Source of the DNA: Curvularia clavata | Taxonomy: Eukaryota | Assembly: GCA_023920165.1 (NCBI GenBank) | Contig: CP089274.1 | Span: 1,240,001 to 1,304,000 of the forward strand | Length of the DNA: 64,000 bases | Direction: 5' to 3' | Shown: positions 36,250-47,700 of the stretch, in pieces | Numbering within the stretch: the first letter of the stretch is position 1 | Layout: each line of letters starts with the position of its first letter | Made by a program: the position numbers and the translations under genes | Notes under the pieces: model-generated | What the model saw: the letters and a program-made list of their open reading frames with translations, nothing else | Databases searched by the model: none | What the model was told of the DNA's origin: nothing

Positions 36250-39200
36250 ATGGACTTTCAATCCCCCCAGAACGCAATGTACGATACATCGAGCTTCATC
36301 GACCCCAGCGCCATCGCAAATCCCCAGCTGAACGGCGCGCGCCCGTACAACCCAATGCCCTCTGTACCGCAGAAACGAGACTCCACCGGCGCCGCTCTCT
36401 CGCTATCGCGCTCACAAACACCTTCACAGCAGCCCCAATTCGGCTTCCAGCACCCTCAAGCTTTCGCAAACACGCCTTCTCCAACCATGCAGAACCAGCA
36501 CTTTGCGCCTGGGCAGATGGGTGGTCAGAGAATGCAGACGGCCTCACCCGCCCAAAACCCTCATGCGCCTCAGATGTCCCCGATGGGCTTCCAACCTTCA
36601 CCCATGAACCAGGGTTTCAATGCAAACTCCGGCAACCAATTTCCCGTTCAATCCGTCCAGCTGTCACAAAATCTTCAGAGTCGCCAGCAGGAGGCGCAGA
36701 GGCAGTACGCAATGCGCCTCCAACAGCAGCAGCAGCTGGGAAATCTGGCCGCAAGCAACATGGCTGCGCGACAAGGACAGCAGCCAGGAGCCCAGATGCC
36801 CGGTGGAATGCAAACACCAATGCAACACCCCGGCATGCAACCAAACATGATGCAAGGCCAAGGACAACCACAAAATCCACAAGTCCAGTACCAACAGTTT
36901 TTGAAAAACGTCGCTGCATTGTATGCCCAGCAGAACCGACCTTTTAATCCACAGCCCCAATGCGCTGGCCGTGTCATCAACCTTCAAAACCTCTACGCCG
37001 CTGTCATGCGCTTCAAAGGCTCCCGATTTGTTACCCAACAAAACGGCTGGCCACGGATCGCACAAATGATGAACATCCACCCACAGCAGTTTCCCAATGC
37101 GTCCAATGAGTTGCGTCAAATCTACGAAGCCAACCTACTCCTCTACGAAACTGCCTACGTCCAACGACAGCAGCAACAGCAAATGCAAATGCAGCAGCAA
37201 AAAGGCATGCCTCCGCAGGGGCAGATGGGTCAGATGGGACAAATGGGACAAATGGGCCAGATGGGTCAGATGAACCAGATGGGATCCATGGGCCAACAAA
37301 TGTCGCCAACGAGGCCAACGATTCCAGGACAACAAAATAACATCGCAGGACATCAGGAATATCTCCAGCAGCTGCAGAGATCACAAGAGACATTGAAGCA
37401 ACAACAGCAGCAACAGCAGCAAGCACAACAGCAGCAGCAGCAGCAACAGCAACAGCAGGCACAACAGCAGGCACAACAGCAGCAGCAACAGCAACAGCAA
37501 CAGCAGCAAGCACAGCAACAGCAACAGCAGCTACAGCAGCTACAGCAACGGCAGTCTCTTCCGCCTACACAGCAACCCCATCCACAACTCGATCCAGCAG
37601 CCCATCCACCACAATCAACCCCGTTACAAAACAATGCAGTCCTTCCCAGCGTCAATGGTACCACTCCACAACCAGATCCCAATTTGCGGAAGAGTCTTAG
37701 CAGGCAGCTAGAGGGAACGCCCGTCCCAGGCAAGGATCCCAACCAGGCGCAGCCGCCACAACTGAAGCAGGAAGACAATGCTGCTGCTGTCGATCCAGCT
37801 TTGGCTGCTGTTGAGGGACCTGAGAGACGGAAACCCGTAATTGAACAAGATGACGGTACAAGAGTCTACCAACCCGCCTGGCGAACCCAAGACACTTGGG
37901 GAGGTCTCGATTTTGACTCAGATAACTTCAAGAACATGATCGACACCATCACAAACTACAAGCCAAATGTCCCAATGCTGCCAGAGATGGGCGTCATTGA
38001 TATCCGAGCCATCACCATGAGCATCAGGTCGGGTTTGCCTGGCGAAGCGCGCCTAGGACTCGATACTCTGACAAGGCTAACTTATGATAACACCATACAG
38101 TTCAATCTGGCGCATTGCGAGGATTTGACAGAAGTGTTGGTGGAATATGCAGAAGACTTGTTAGAGATACTAGGAACCGACAACCCAGAAGTGACTGATA
38201 TCATTGACCTCATGTCGTACGAGGATGTCATGCACCATTGCCGCGAAGAAGCTTCGTCGCTACTGGAGCTCCCGCAGGTTGGCACCACGGCACACCATCT
38301 CAATCGTACCGCCGATCGGCTGCTCGCCATAACAACCATCTTCCGCAATCTATCTTTCCTCGAAGTCAACCATGACTCCTTAGTCAGCCCTCCGGTTCTC
38401 AAATTTCTCGCAAACTTCATACGCCTTGTGGGTACACGAGTACTGCTCCTTCGCTCACACATGAACACTTTTGAGTTTATGAAGGATATCGTCACATTCT
38501 TCTCCAACACCAGCGCCAAAGTCATTTTACCTAGCCGTGAGGATGCCTATGCTGTACTGCATTTCCTTTGCGCCTTTGCCCCCATGCCACGACCTACCGA
38601 ACCTGTCAAATTCACGCCCTTTGATCCTCTTATCCACCGCTACCTTCCATCCGCAGTAGACAGTCTTGCAAAACTGCTCGCTCGTGATGATCCCAACCGG
38701 ACATATTACAAACAGATTTTTATCAACGAGGCGACAGCTACACCGGCGTACGATCTCCTGACACGGTCATTTGCTCTCGCTATCTCGGTTGTGCCTGACC
38801 GCAACTACATTGAGAACAAAATGTATCAGATGAAGGACTCACGCCCCAAGGAGGTGCGCATGTTCGAAGCACGCATCGCAGAATCACGGAAAGCATATCT
38901 TATGCAAGGTATGCTCGCCGCTGATATCCTCGCCAGCCTAGCCCCAGGACCAGAAACTGGTATCTGCCGTGCATGGCTTGAATCAGAAGACGGCTGGGCA
39001 CATACTCTTCTCAAGTTCGCAATGTCCCTCTCAGCCACCGATGCTGCCATTCCTCATCCTCCCATGCCGCCGAACCACCGCGGCCCAAGACCTATGGACC
39101 ACGACCGAGAAGGTTTCCAACTCATTGTCCACCGTGCACTATCGACTCTCAAGCGCTTAGGCGATAAGTCCAAGGGCGGCGAACCACTTGTCAAGGACGT

Positions 39201-39411
39201 ACAGCAAGTGAACGGACACTTGGATCACGACAGCATGGATGAGGACGACGAAGATGACGACATGGAAGTTTTCAGTTTCAACGGCAGTTCGTGGAGAGTA
39301 AAAGCCGATATTCTACCCCGCAAGGAAACCCTCCTCGGTGCACTCTTGACGGCGCAGCTCGACGTTCGAAGTCTAAATCAATTTTGTAAGATTGGGTATC
39401 TGGATGAGTAA
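36250..39411 (+). CDS. SWI1: SWI/SNF ARID-domain subunit (Swi1/Sol1/ARID1-like)
   Basis: ARID-like INLQNLYAAV..GWPRIA..YEANLLLYE, a Q/N-rich region and C-terminal MGVIDIRAITMSIRSGLPGEARLGLDTL and TIFRNLSF. Confidence 0.87.
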   Translation: MDFQSPQNAMYDTSSFIDPSAIANPQLNGARPYNPMPSVPQKRDSTGAALSLSRSQTPSQQPQFGFQHPQAFANTPSPTMQNQHFAPGQMGGQRMQTASPAQNPHAPQMSPMGFQPSPMNQGFNANSGNQFPVQSVQLSQNLQSRQQEAQRQYAMRLQQQQQLGNLAASNMAARQGQQPGAQMPGGMQTPMQHPGMQPNMMQGQGQPQNPQVQYQQFLKNVAALYAQQNRPFNPQPQCAGRVINLQNLYAAVMRFKGSRFVTQQNGWPRIAQMMNIHPQQFPNASNELRQIYEANLLLYETAYVQRQQQQQMQMQQQKGMPPQGQMGQMGQMGQMGQMGQMNQMGSMGQQMSPTRPTIPGQQNNIAGHQEYLQQLQRSQETLKQQQQQQQQAQQQQQQQQQQQAQQQAQQQQQQQQQQQQAQQQQQQLQQLQQRQSLPPTQQPHPQLDPAAHPPQSTPLQNNAVLPSVNGTTPQPDPNLRKSLSRQLEGTPVPGKDPNQAQPPQLKQEDNAAAVDPALAAVEGPERRKPVIEQDDGTRVYQPAWRTQDTWGGLDFDSDNFKNMIDTITNYKPNVPMLPEMGVIDIRAITMSIRSGLPGEARLGLDTLTRLTYDNTIQFNLAHCEDLTEVLVEYAEDLLEILGTDNPEVTDIIDLMSYEDVMHHCREEASSLLELPQVGTTAHHLNRTADRLLAITTIFRNLSFLEVNHDSLVSPPVLKFLANFIRLVGTRVLLLRSHMNTFEFMKDIVTFFSNTSAKVILPSREDAYAVLHFLCAFAPMPRPTEPVKFTPFDPLIHRYLPSAVDSLAKLLARDDPNRTYYKQIFINEATATPAYDLLTRSFALAISVVPDRNYIENKMYQMKDSRPKEVRMFEARIAESRKAYLMQGMLAADILASLAPGPETGICRAWLESEDGWAHTLLKFAMSLSATDAAIPHPPMPPNHRGPRPMDHDREGFQLIVHRALSTLKRLGDKSKGGEPLVKDVQQVNGHLDHDSMDEDDEDDDMEVFSFNGSSWRVKADILPRKETLLGALLTAQLDVRSLNQFCKIGYLDE
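37219..37548 (+). repeat. Coding repeats: (GQM)n followed by polyglutamine (CAG/CAA) tracts
   Basis: About seven GQM-type units, then ~50 mostly Gln codons with interspersed Ala. Confidence 0.9.
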
Positions 39412-39529
39412 ATGGCCAAAGGAAACGGATATTCTGGAGGTGTTGGGGTTTTTCAAAGATATGCTCCGATTAGGTCTTCTTCGGTTTGGTTTCGATAGGA
39501 GAAGGGAGGGGAACTGGCCAGAAGTTATA

Positions 39530-39546
39530 TGTGTGTGTGTGTGTGT
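39530..39546. repeat. (TG)n microsatellite downstream of SWI1
   Basis: tgtgtgtgtgtgtgtgt run. Confidence 0.8.
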
Positions 39547-40517
39547 ATGTGTGAAATAGAGACGCGCCTTGATCTTGTGGTTCTTTCTCGATTTTTCTGG
39601 GAGTCATTCAAAAGGGAGCGGTTTTTTAGGAGGAACGTGTACTTTTTTGTTTCAAAGGCTTCCAGCATAGTATGTATGTGTCTGTATCTCTGTATACGCG
39701 TTTTTTGTGTGTATAAACTCCGGGGATGAGAGACAAGAGATGTACGCTATGTGGGTAACAATTTGCAATTTGCAGACAATGTTTTCTTGCTTTCGTCCAC
39801 TAGTCCCTTGCCATATGCTCTCTTTTTATGGCCGAGCTTGGCTCCTAATACCTTCATGTCTACACGCATATTATGTTTGTCCCACAGGTGGACAATGTAC
39901 TAAAAACGTGTTCTTTCATCCAGTTGTCGTTACACCTAGGCGGGTGGACATTTTACACTTATTGGGTATAATCAAACATACAGAACCATTTTCCGTCTTG
40001 CGTGCAGATTGTTTCTTATAAGTATGTCTTGTATACCTAGACAAACATTGTCTGCTCCTACGAGCTACGTTGTAACATTTGACGTGTAGTACGCTTGATC
40101 ACTTAAAAGGGTTAGGAAATCTGGACATTTGTTGTCATTCCAGATGCTCAATTAAGTCTCAAGCTAACTATGGCCGGGTACACTGAGCATTGCATTTCCA
40201 GCACTCCTCTCTGTTTCATGCTCAATCCAGTCCGACTTTGCCATTCTAATGGGATATCGACGAACGATGGTAGTAAAATTTGTCTACCCATTTGCGTTAT
40301 AGCCACCGGAATGCCTCCCAAAACACCATCGCTATGCTAAAACATTTTTTGTTAAAAAGAAGAAGAAAAAAAGACACGAACAGCAATAATGTTGCCACAC
40401 ACGCGCTTCACATCGACGCGGCTGGAGACCTGATGAGCAACGGTAACTCGGTAGGTCCATTGCTTCTCTGCGAGGCGCGACAAAGCCACAACCGCGTTCT
40501 CAACACCATCTTACCTT

Positions 40518-43500
40518 CTAGGACGGCGAGCCAGCAAAAGAGGGCGTTGCAGGAACAGTGACAGTAACAGGCGATCCGGCATTTGCATCTTTGAACGTGT
40601 CGTTTTGTTTCCTTTGGCCATTGAGGAGCGGACAGAGCCTAAGCTTTGTTAGTAAAACTGAATAGAATGAAAGAGTGTAGTTGAGAAACCTGTTTACGTA
40701 CTTCTTGTTTGTCTTGATGTGACCCACCTCGCCGCAGTTTGCGCACTTGCGAGGTGTAGCTCCGCCCTTTCCTGGACCACCGGTTGCACTGCCTCCTTCG
40801 CCAGTCTGGGACTTGTGTAGTCCCTTTGCCTTCTCGCGGCCCTCGCGACGCTCGATGTTGCGGGCGAGACGTGCGAGTTCGGCTTTGAGCTTGATTTGCT
40901 GCGCTTTGTCCACTTCTGGGTCGCCGGTGGGCTTAATGTCTTCGATGCGCATATTGACCAGGCGCTCATGGCGCTTGTGCTTAATGTAGAGTTGGATGAC
41001 AGCAGGATCAGTAATAACTTCCGTAACATCCTCATACTCATCGAACTTGTTCTTGATAGTACGGGTGATCTTGAGCTTCTTGCCGCGGTTATCTGCGTTA
41101 CTATTGCGAGACATTTGCGACATGGTCTCGTCGTCATGACGCACTGCAGCTGGCGTCCCCATCTCGGAACGTTGACGCGAGTGATTGTTGCGAGACACGG
41201 CCGTATCGACATCGTCTTCGATATCGGAAGGCGGGTTTTGCGCAGACAGACTCTCCTTTTGCTTATTCCAGATACGTTTGATGGCGTTCTCGTAACTGAT
41301 CTGCTGACGCTGAACGTTGTAGCTGTGGCCACCAAGCTCCTTCATCTTCTTGCTATCAAGACGATCAGCCGCGCTCTCGCCAACATCCCTAAAGCCACCT
41401 TTCATCGAGACCTTGATGAAACTGAAACCTAGGCCTTGTCCGGTAGGATCGCCATCACCATGAAGCTCCAACATAGCCTTTCCAGCACAGGCGTTTAAGA
41501 AATTCTTCGTGGTGTTCCATGGTGCCAGCTTGACATCAGCGTTTTCGTTGTCTACTTCGTCATCGTCATCACGGATTTCGTTCGACTTGATACCGGCGTC
41601 CTGGAGCTGCTTGTCACCAGCATGCATTGAATCGATCAGACAAACATCCTCTGGCTTGATCCAAGTGCGCAGAATCGGCTCCTCGGGTACGGTCTCGCCA
41701 GGTACTGGCTCCCAAGTACCAATGTCTTTCTGATACTTCATGATTTCACGCATTCGAGAACGGTTTTGCGCGATTTCGGTACCGGGAAGATGTTGCTTGA
41801 TCATTTCGTTACTGACCCAAGGTTGTCGCGCTCCTCTTTGTTGTCCTTTTCGGTACAACCGGAACGCCAGCATCTTGAGTCGTTTCTTTGATGCCTCGGT
41901 AACCTTTCGGGCATGCGTACCGGGCACCTCCACGGAAGGGAACTGTTGGCCGACCACCATAAGGTTGGGTATAGTCCGCATGTAGTACCTAGGGCCATTA
42001 ACCCCGGTCCAGCTTCTGCTGACGAGGAAGTCTGTCTCTTCAGGCTTGTGCTTGAACACTGGGGCCCTATACATGGCGTTATGGAGCGTCAGCACTTGTT
42101 GGCCTGGCTCGACCTGGCCAAACAGGGAGAAAGGACTCTTGTCCTGCGGTAATAAGATGGAGGTTTCTCCAATGCCATCTTCCGGCTTCGGGCGTGCCGT
42201 GTCTTCCATGTCCTTCCGCCTGTAGTAGTTGAGAATCTTGATACCCATACCAAAGTTTGATAGAGTGGTAGGGTACTCTTCACAGTATTCTGCGAGGAGG
42301 AGATCTGAGTTGTCACCAATGTTGAGATCCTCTGCAGTTGCAAAAGCCTCGGATGGTTTGAGGTTCTTCTTATGCTTTCTCTTGACGGACTTGAGTGCCG
42401 AGATACTAGCTCGTTCACCAGGCTTGAATGTGATGGTAGGACGGTGGAATGATCGAAGCTCGCGATCGGAAAGTGCTACCTTGTAGAAAGGATATTGCAA
42501 CTTCAATGCGGGCAGACTGTGCTCAACGTTCATGTGACCAATCGTGCTACGGACCTTTTGTTGGCTGCTCTCCTTGAGCGCGTCGTATGCCTCATCATTG
42601 GAAATATTGTAGCGCTTGAACATGGGGTTCGCGAGACTACCACGACTATCGCGCTTGAGCCCTAGACCCAATGTCCGGGGTTTTGGCGGCTCTGCGCTAG
42701 GTTGCTGTATGTCCAGCAGGAGATGAGGGTCGTTCATGTCCAGGAGAATCTTCTTTGATAGCTTCGCAGTCTCCAGCTCAGGGTCATCCCAAGTGGGCAG
42801 ATCCATGTGATCATAGATAGAGAACTGAATGGGCTGGTCCCGTTCTCCTAGTCTGCGCTTCTTGCTAGGCGACTGTCCAGCGCTGATGCTATCGGGCGGC
42901 GTGGGTGCTTGACCGCCCTCTGACAGATTTGTAGCACTTGTATCATCTGGAACTTCCCAGTCCTCACAGGCAATTCTGAGGTCGCTCCATGATACATTCC
43001 CAATCATCTCGTGGTCATCAATGGTGTCGAACCGATCGAAATCTATCTGTTCATTGCCATCGCCATCTTCTTCTGTATTACTAGCAATTTGTATGATCCC
43101 GCCTTGGTCTTCCTCTTGTTGCCGACCAGACTTGGCTGTGCTTGTGGGATGTAACCGGAAACTCTTTTCTTGATCCGGAGCCAGATCCAGGCTGAGTTTG
43201 TTCATTTGAAAAGGCTTCGGTGCCTTGAGAGGAGCTTTTGGGACATAAAAGGCGCGTTTACGTGGTACTAGGCTGAAGAATCGCGGTGGTTTGTCTACCT
43301 CGAAGTTGGGCCAGATTTTCTCAAATTCCTCTCTCGATGTCTTTTGGGGTGCATCCGATGGCTCATCTTTCTTGCGAGACTGGGCAAAGAGCGCCAGTTG
43401 CTCACGTACTTCTGGGTCTTCCTCCTCTTCCTCTTCCTCAACCACAGACTGTGTATTGTTGCGGTCATTCGATTGCGGCTTATCCTGTCCGGCGACGTTG

Positions 43501-43949
43501 AAGCCTTCTTGGATTAGGTCTTCGATTGATGTCAGTGGGTCGTCCTCGTGCTGTGTGTTTTCCCGTGTCGGATCCGGATGATCTGGGTCATCGCCGAAAA
43601 GGTCATCCTGTGCATCGCCGTCGCCAAACAGATCGTCCATATCCACATCACCGTTATCGAGAGTACCGCCAGAGTCCTGTAACGTAGTTCCGCTGAAGTT
43701 GAGGCCAGCATCGTCGCCTCCGCTCGACTCAAACTCTTCCTCTGGCAAGTCATCATCACCAATGTCTTCGTAGTCCACGGCGTCGTCCGCCTTTTCGCCG
43801 GCCTCCAAAGGGCGCGTGGCGAGGCCAGCTAGTAGGTCCTCCTCGCCTTCTGCTACACCCATCTGCGCCTGGCGCATGATTCTCGCAAAGTCATCATCAT
43901 CTGCGGCGGCGTCGTGGCCGTTCGTGGTTGGGTTGTGCTCGTTGTCCAT
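40518..43949 (-). CDS. TAF1: TFIID subunit Taf1
   Basis: KADDAVDYEDI, YNISNDEAYD, VEHSLPALKLQ, APWNTTKNF, GDPTGQGLGFSF and a C-terminal zinc knuckle CANCGEVGHIKTNKKLCP after removing intron 40639-40701. Confidence 0.95.
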   Translation of the reverse strand: MDNEHNPTTNGHDAAADDDDFARIMRQAQMGVAEGEEDLLAGLATRPLEAGEKADDAVDYEDIGDDDLPEEEFESSGGDDAGLNFSGTTLQDSGGTLDNGDVDMDDLFGDGDAQDDLFGDDPDHPDPTRENTQHEDDPLTSIEDLIQEGFNVAGQDKPQSNDRNNTQSVVEEEEEEEDPEVREQLALFAQSRKKDEPSDAPQKTSREEFEKIWPNFEVDKPPRFFSLVPRKRAFYVPKAPLKAPKPFQMNKLSLDLAPDQEKSFRLHPTSTAKSGRQQEEDQGGIIQIASNTEEDGDGNEQIDFDRFDTIDDHEMIGNVSWSDLRIACEDWEVPDDTSATNLSEGGQAPTPPDSISAGQSPSKKRRLGERDQPIQFSIYDHMDLPTWDDPELETAKLSKKILLDMNDPHLLLDIQQPSAEPPKPRTLGLGLKRDSRGSLANPMFKRYNISNDEAYDALKESSQQKVRSTIGHMNVEHSLPALKLQYPFYKVALSDRELRSFHRPTITFKPGERASISALKSVKRKHKKNLKPSEAFATAEDLNIGDNSDLLLAEYCEEYPTTLSNFGMGIKILNYYRRKDMEDTARPKPEDGIGETSILLPQDKSPFSLFGQVEPGQQVLTLHNAMYRAPVFKHKPEETDFLVSRSWTGVNGPRYYMRTIPNLMVVGQQFPSVEVPGTHARKVTEASKKRLKMLAFRLYRKGQQRGARQPWVSNEMIKQHLPGTEIAQNRSRMREIMKYQKDIGTWEPVPGETVPEEPILRTWIKPEDVCLIDSMHAGDKQLQDAGIKSNEIRDDDDEVDNENADVKLAPWNTTKNFLNACAGKAMLELHGDGDPTGQGLGFSFIKVSMKGGFRDVGESAADRLDSKKMKELGGHSYNVQRQQISYENAIKRIWNKQKESLSAQNPPSDIEDDVDTAVSRNNHSRQRSEMGTPAAVRHDDETMSQMSRNSNADNRGKKLKITRTIKNKFDEYEDVTEVITDPAVIQLYIKHKRHERLVNMRIEDIKPTGDPEVDKAQQIKLKAELARLARNIERREGREKAKGLHKSQTGEGGSATGGPGKGGATPRKCANCGEVGHIKTNKKYVNRFLNYTLSFYSVLLTKLRLCPLLNGQRKQNDTFKDANAGSPVTVTVPATPSFAGSPS

Positions 43950-44766
43950 GGTTGCGTGGGATACAAACACTCTCGAATGGCGGGGTTAACTCGCGCGTAT
44001 TTTGCTGTTGCTTCCAATATGGGTACAACCGCACAGCCTATGAGCGAGTGGCTAGGATGTACCGCGAGGCGGGTGAAGGGCTGAGGGGTGCGCGTGCCGT
44101 CATTCACGCTGGTACCGCGCCGGGGATTCAGTGACGTGACGAAAAGGCAATCGGCTGGATTCGTTTACTTGTCGCGATCGTGATCCTGATGCGGCTTCTG
44201 ATTGTTTCGAGCTGCCGCGGTCGGTGTGGCCGAAAGTCCCGTTGTCGTGTGCACTTGATGGAGCCTGTCGCGGTTTGGAGGTTCAACGCCGCGGTGAGTT
44301 GGTCCGTGCGTCGTTCAATGAGCGGTCCCATTAGCGCGAAGGGTCGCAGCCATCATCACTTCACTCTTCACTCTGCACGGTACAGGTGACGGTTATGTCT
44401 TGTTGCAGAGGCAACGCTTCATGCTTGTGGAAAGCGAGTGTTCTGTCATTAAAATCGAACGTGTCAATAACCGGAGAATGTGGCGGGAAGAAATCAAGTT
44501 CATTAGTCACGATGATTGCTTTAATAACATCGTCGTTATTGGCTTACGGGTGCAAAACTTGGCGACATATTCGCATACCAGAAAACATATCATGCGAAAA
44601 AGATCATCCAGGTTGCTTCTGTCGTCAAGTTCCAGACCGTAAAACATCCCCGCGTAGTATCATAACCCCATCTTGCTCCAGACCAAATGCATGTCTCATC
44701 CTACCATTTCCCAAAACCCCAAACGCCGATGTGGAGAAGTCAGAAGAATATTGGCAGTAATTTCTA

Positions 44767-47700
44767 TCAAGCCTGAGCGTTGATGTAGTCTTTGTTCTCA
44801 ATTGTAACACTCTTGGTCTGTCATCTCGTTAGCCGTCGTCCAAAATGACCATCACCGCCTCATCTTCATCATGCGACCTACCATGTGATTGACCTTGTAA
44901 ACACCAATCAATCTACTCGCAAGCTCAAACATGTTGTTCCGGAGCGAAATGACTATGAATTGTGCGTTCTTTGTCCTCTCCTTGATGTAGCTGGCGACAA
45001 TGCTCACGTTTCGGAAATCCAACGCAGCGTCGATTTCGTCCATGACGTACAATGGGGTAGGCTTGTAATGGTGCAGTGCGAATACCAAGGCAAGGGAGGA
45101 CAGCGTCTTCTCTCCACCAGACAGATTGCTGATGTTTTTCCAAGACTTCTTGGGAGGCATGACGGAGAAACGGATACCTTCAGAGAAAGCATCGAGCGTG
45201 TCTTCGTATTCGAGCTCGGCGTTGCCACCCATAGTAATCATTTGGTACATCTCCTTGAGGCGCGCTGTAATGATATCAAAGCCTTCCTTGAAGCCTTCCT
45301 TGCGTAGGCGTCGAAGCTCTTCGCATTTGTGCTTTGCGGCGTCACGTGCACTGACAGCCGTTGCCAGATCTGCAGAGCGCATAGCATGCTCCTCCACACG
45401 CTTGCGGTATTCAGCGAGGACGGAGAGATCGACTTGCGTAGACTCGTTCTTTTTCTCCAAGTGTGCGATTTGATCCTTGATAGCAGCCTTGTCCATGTCC
45501 TGGAGTTCGTCTTTGCTGTAGGAGGGCAGGCCTTCGCCGCCACTGCCTTCCTGCTCTTCGCCCAAGTCTTTCACACTGTGGTACGCGAGCTTGCTCAATT
45601 TATCTTGGAAGTAAGCCTGCTTTTTCTGGAACTCGTGGAGTGTCTTCTGTCCTTCCTCAAGCTTGTTGCGCATCTCAATCTCGACAGCACGAGTTTCATT
45701 GAGCTCCGTCATCTTCTCGTCAAGCTCGTTCTTTACCACCTGTAACTCTTCCTTCCTCGTCTCAAGCTCCTCTTGCGCTTGCTCAGCTTGTTGTCGGATT
45801 CCAGAGACATCTCGTTGTTGAGAGGCCATGTCTTCCTCGACTCTCTCTGCCTCGGTGGCGAGCTTCTCTAGTTCTCTGATGGCATCGTTGTATGCCTTCT
45901 CGTGCTTGGCTCGCTGCTTCTCCTCTTTGGACTTGGAGACCTCGGCATTAGAAGCCTGCTCAGTAAGCGTATCAATCTGACCCTTCAGACCGTCAACCTT
46001 GGCCTTTTGGCCACGTAACTTTACACCACCAATCTCCATAATCTTGTCTTGAAGGGCCTTGATCTCTGCCTCAATATCTTCCGTCTCGCCACGAAGCTTG
46101 GAAACTTCCTTCTCCATTGAAGCAATACTCTTCTCTAACGATAACACGCGACCCTTGTCTGTCTTCGTAGCTGCCTTTTCACTGCCTAACTCCTTGATAC
46201 GACGCTGACAGTCGGCAATGTTGCGGTCGAAGCTCTCCAGCTCGAGTGCAAGTTTTTGCGCCTTGGTGTCCAGCTCAGGTATTTGTTGATTGAGGTCTCT
46301 GAGTTTGGTCTCTAGCTCGCGGAGCTCTTGCTGAAACTCAACAAAGGTCTGTTCAAGCGCGTCTCGGTCTTGTTCAAGCTTGGTAACCTGATCTCTTGAG
46401 ACATCTGACGCGAGCTTGGACGACATTTTGCCCTTTACTACCCGACTTCCACCACCACTCATGGTTCCCGCTGTGTCGATTAGTTTGCCGTCGAGGGTAA
46501 CTACTCGCCACCGCTTTGCACCATATGCTATACGCTCAGCTTGGTCCAGATCCTCAGCGACGAGCGTATTTGTCATGACTTGGAAAAAAGCGGGTCTCAG
46601 CTTTTCGTGCTTGGGTTTGACAAGGTCGAAGAGACGAGGCACATTCTCCGGAGTTTGGACAGGCGACATGTCGCGTTTGGCAAGGCGATCTAGCAGTATG
46701 AAGTTGGCGCGGCCAAGGTTGTTCTTTCGGAGGTATTCAATACATTGCTGGCCAGACTCCACAGTGTCAACAACCATGTTGTCCAGTTGTGGACACGCCG
46801 TCGATATAGCAACGTCGTACTTTTGATCAATAGTACCCAGGTTGCCAAGACGGCCATGGAAGCCATCGATACGTCCAGATTCTTTCAAGCGCATAAGACC
46901 TGTCAAAACATTACCCTGCGTTTGGGCAGAGGAAAGGCTGGCACGAGCTTCGTCAGCCTTTGCTCTTGCTCCAGAAAGCTTCGACCTCAACAAAGGCTCC
47001 TTCTGTGTGATGTCCTCGAGTTGAGCTTGTGTTTTCTGTATGTCCTTTTCGACACGCTTCCTTTCGGCTTTGCATTCGTCAAGCTCGGCAGCCTTGGCCT
47101 GTTTGGCTTCCTCTAAACTTTCAATCCTGGCTTCGACGTCGGCAATGCCCTTGGCACCTGCATTTTCACGCTCGCGCATAATGTCGAGCTCACTTTGTGC
47201 GACGGCGATGGCCGATTGCTTCTCGTTAATCTTGGCACTCCAAGGCTCCAAGGACTTTTGCTTTGCCGCAATCTCATCCGACAACCCCTGTGTCTTCCCA
47301 GCCAAGCTCTTTCGTACAGCTTCGAGCTCCTTCTCTTCCACTTTCATGCTTTCCTCAAGCTCGGCTATCTCTTCAGCATAGCGTTCAAGGTCAGCAGCAT
47401 ACTGCTTTGCGAGACTCTCCGCCTCTGACCGGCCGTAGTAACTGGTCTCTTTAGTCTTCTCCAGTTTCTTTTGCTTTCCTGCTAGGAACTTTTTCTTTTC
47501 CTCAAACTTGACGGCCTCCTTGTCGATGCGAGCCACCTCCTTTTGGAATTCTTGGTTCTTCTTTTCAAGCTGCTCGCACTCCTTTGCACCTTTCTTGTAC
47601 CGACGCTCGAGCTCCTTGATCTCTTCTTCGCTACCCTGATGCTTTTGTAGTTCCTCGTCCAGCTGGGCCTGGAGCTGGGTGACGGTTTCCTGAGTGACCT

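Noticed and set aside
36102..36947. 281-aa alternative-frame ORF over the SWI1 start
   Set aside because: Non-ATG start, no recognisable motifs, and explained by the composition of the real frame.
37353..37778. Poly-Cys ORF resembling a metallothionein
   Set aside because: Reverse complement of the SWI1 CAG/CAA polyQ tract.
40108..40116. AGGGTTAGG (CCTAACCCT on the - strand) as an alternative telomerase template
   Set aside because: It lies in a 1.1-kb gap shared by two convergent 3' UTRs where I noticed no long-range helices. It is less favoured, and it shows that such short matches can arise by chance.
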